Part shown: positions 62,737-64,000 of the stretch, one piece after another | Numbering within the stretch: the first letter of the stretch is position 1 | Layout of the letters: every line of letters begins with the position of its first letter | Origin: Candidatus Poseidoniales archaeon | GTDB lineage: Archaea; Thermoplasmatota; Poseidoniia; Poseidoniales; Poseidoniaceae | Length of the DNA stretch: 64,000 nt | Reading direction: 5' to 3' | Assembly: GCA_012959275.1 (NCBI GenBank) | Contig: DUDM01000050.1 | Coordinates: forward strand, 9,485 to 73,484 | Notes under the pieces: model-generated | The model's database searches: none | The model's input: the letters and a program-made list of their open reading frames with translations, nothing else | What the model was told of the DNA's origin: nothing | Translations under genes and position numbers: made by a program

Positions 62737-64000
62737 ATGAGCATCTTGGCTTGCCCACTCGATTACCGCTACGGTAGCGATGATTTCAAAATAATCTGGT
62801 CCGAAGAAGGACGCCATTCCCGACAATTGGAAGTTGAAAGAGCCTTGATTTGGGCGCATTGGCAACTCGGTAGAGTCAGTGAGGCCGACTACCGCGTGAT
62901 CGAATCCATTGCTGTACCAGAAAAAACGACAAAAGAAAGAGTCAGCGAAATCGAGGCAGAAACCCGCCACGACATCATGGCTCTAACAAAAGCCATGGCA
63001 GAAGCAGCTGGAGAGGCTGGTTGGTGCATTCATTTAGGCGCCACCTCAAATGACATCGTCGATACTGCAGTAGCCTTACAGTTGCGTGATTCAATCACCA
63101 TCCTACGCAAGCAACTCTGCAACTTGATGACAGTAACAGCCAACTTAGCCCAAAGAGAACGAGACACTGTCATGCTGGGGCGTACTCATGGTCAAGCGGC
63201 TGTGCCAATCACCTTTGGATTGAAAGTTGCAGTTTGGCTAGATGAACTACGCCGACACTTAATCCGCCTTGATGAAGCAATACCCCGAATCTGTGTGGGT
63301 AAATTTCTCGGCGCTGTTGGAACAGGAGCAGCCCAAGGAAAGGATGCGCGAAAACTCCAGCAGATGATTCTTGAGCACCTTGGATTGGGTGTTCCATTAG
63401 TAACAACTCAAGTCGTGGGACGTGACCGATATATCGAATACATGGGTTGGTTGTGCAATGTATCTGCAACTTGTGAAAAAGTTCTCCAAGAAGTAAGGAA
63501 CCTTCAACGCAGTGAAATCGCAGAAGCCGGAGAAGGATTTGATGTTAAGAAACAGGTCGGCTCCTCGACCATGGCACACAAGAAAAATCCAATAAAATCA
63601 GAGAACGCCTGTGGACTAGCCCGAGTTGTTCGTTCATTCATGATGCCGACCTGGGAAAATGCACTATTATGGCACGAGCGGGATTTAGCAAACTCTTCAG
63701 CAGAAAGATTCACTCTTTCGCATGCTAGTATTTTACTCGAAGATGTACTGGTAAAAACCGCTGATGTGTTGACTAATCTTTGGGTAGATAGCGATAGAAT
63801 GCAAAAGAATATCTCAGACCAAAAAGGGCTCCTTATGGCAGAAAAGGTCATGTTAGAACTAGTTGACAAAGGAGTTTCAAGAGATGAAGCGCATGAGATT
63901 CTTAGAAATGCCTCAATGAAGGCGATAGCAGAAGGAAGTGAATTACAAGACATATGTGCGAACGACGATGTAGTTGCCAGCCGCTTTAATCAAGAGGAAT
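62737..64000 (+). CDS. purB: Adenylosuccinate lyase (3' end lies beyond the window)
   Basis: Not in the ORF track; my own translation gives MSILACPLDYRYGSDDFKIIWSEE...IHLGATSNDIVDTA...GRTHGQAAVPITFG...GSSTMAHKKNP (fumarate-lyase signature). The frame stays open to position 64000. Confidence 0.9.
   Translation, partial: MSILACPLDYRYGSDDFKIIWSEEGRHSRQLEVERALIWAHWQLGRVSEADYRVIESIAVPEKTTKERVSEIEAETRHDIMALTKAMAEAAGEAGWCIHLGATSNDIVDTAVALQLRDSITILRKQLCNLMTVTANLAQRERDTVMLGRTHGQAAVPITFGLKVAVWLDELRRHLIRLDEAIPRICVGKFLGAVGTGAAQGKDARKLQQMILEHLGLGVPLVTTQVVGRDRYIEYMGWLCNVSATCEKVLQEVRNLQRSEIAEAGEGFDVKKQVGSSTMAHKKNPIKSENACGLARVVRSFMMPTWENALLWHERDLANSSAERFTLSHASILLEDVLVKTADVLTNLWVDSDRMQKNISDQKGLLMAEKVMLELVDKGVSRDEAHEILRNASMKAIAEGSELQDICANDDVVASRFNQEE

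Noticed and set aside
62659-63953. Minus-strand ORFs 62659-62970, 63209-63469, 63397-63579 and 63504-63953
   Set aside because: They are antisense to a plus-strand frame with unmistakable adenylosuccinate lyase signatures (HLGATSNDIVDTA, GSSTMAHKKNP) that stays open to the end of the window.

Overview
Very compact archaeal chromosomal segment with almost no non-coding DNA. Many gene junctions are ATGA or TGA-ATG, and GGAGG/AGGTGAT Shine-Dalgarno motifs precede internal operon genes. All family calls come from motifs read by eye; no BLAST or HMM search was possible. The informational genes are clearly archaeal: PAN, PriS, aEF-2, uS7/uS12, eL43, exosome Rrp4/41/42, SBDS, proteasome alpha, prefoldin beta, Pcc1-like, Tsr3, aMBF1, Tpt1, MetRS and ProRS. 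Several metabolic modules look bacterial or eukaryote-like: HutH/HutU, NAD-type formate dehydrogenase, formiminotransferase plus cyclodeaminase, type-1 IDI, thiolase II, and futalosine Mqn enzymes. The gene content, together with many hyper-acidic low-complexity proteins, suggests an uncultured marine planktonic euryarchaeote (Thermoplasmatota, MGII/III-like); this is inference only. The window holds one tRNA (Val-GAC) and no rRNA, CRISPR array, transposase or integrase. The observations most worth follow-up are: (1) a ~10.7 kb single-strand operon joining histidine degradation, a complete NAD-type formate dehydrogenase and a split FTCD; (2) a MamK/MreB-like actin homologue; (3) a fused type-1 IDI + GGPP synthase inside an isoprenoid island with uncharacterised zinc-ribbon partners and a nearby UbiD-family decarboxylase; (4) a membrane protein with two zinc ribbons, four canonical EF-hands and poly-Asp tails; (5) a three-gene operon with a poly-proline (FH1-like) acidic protein; (6) tRNA-Val flanked by partial copies of its own 3' end.
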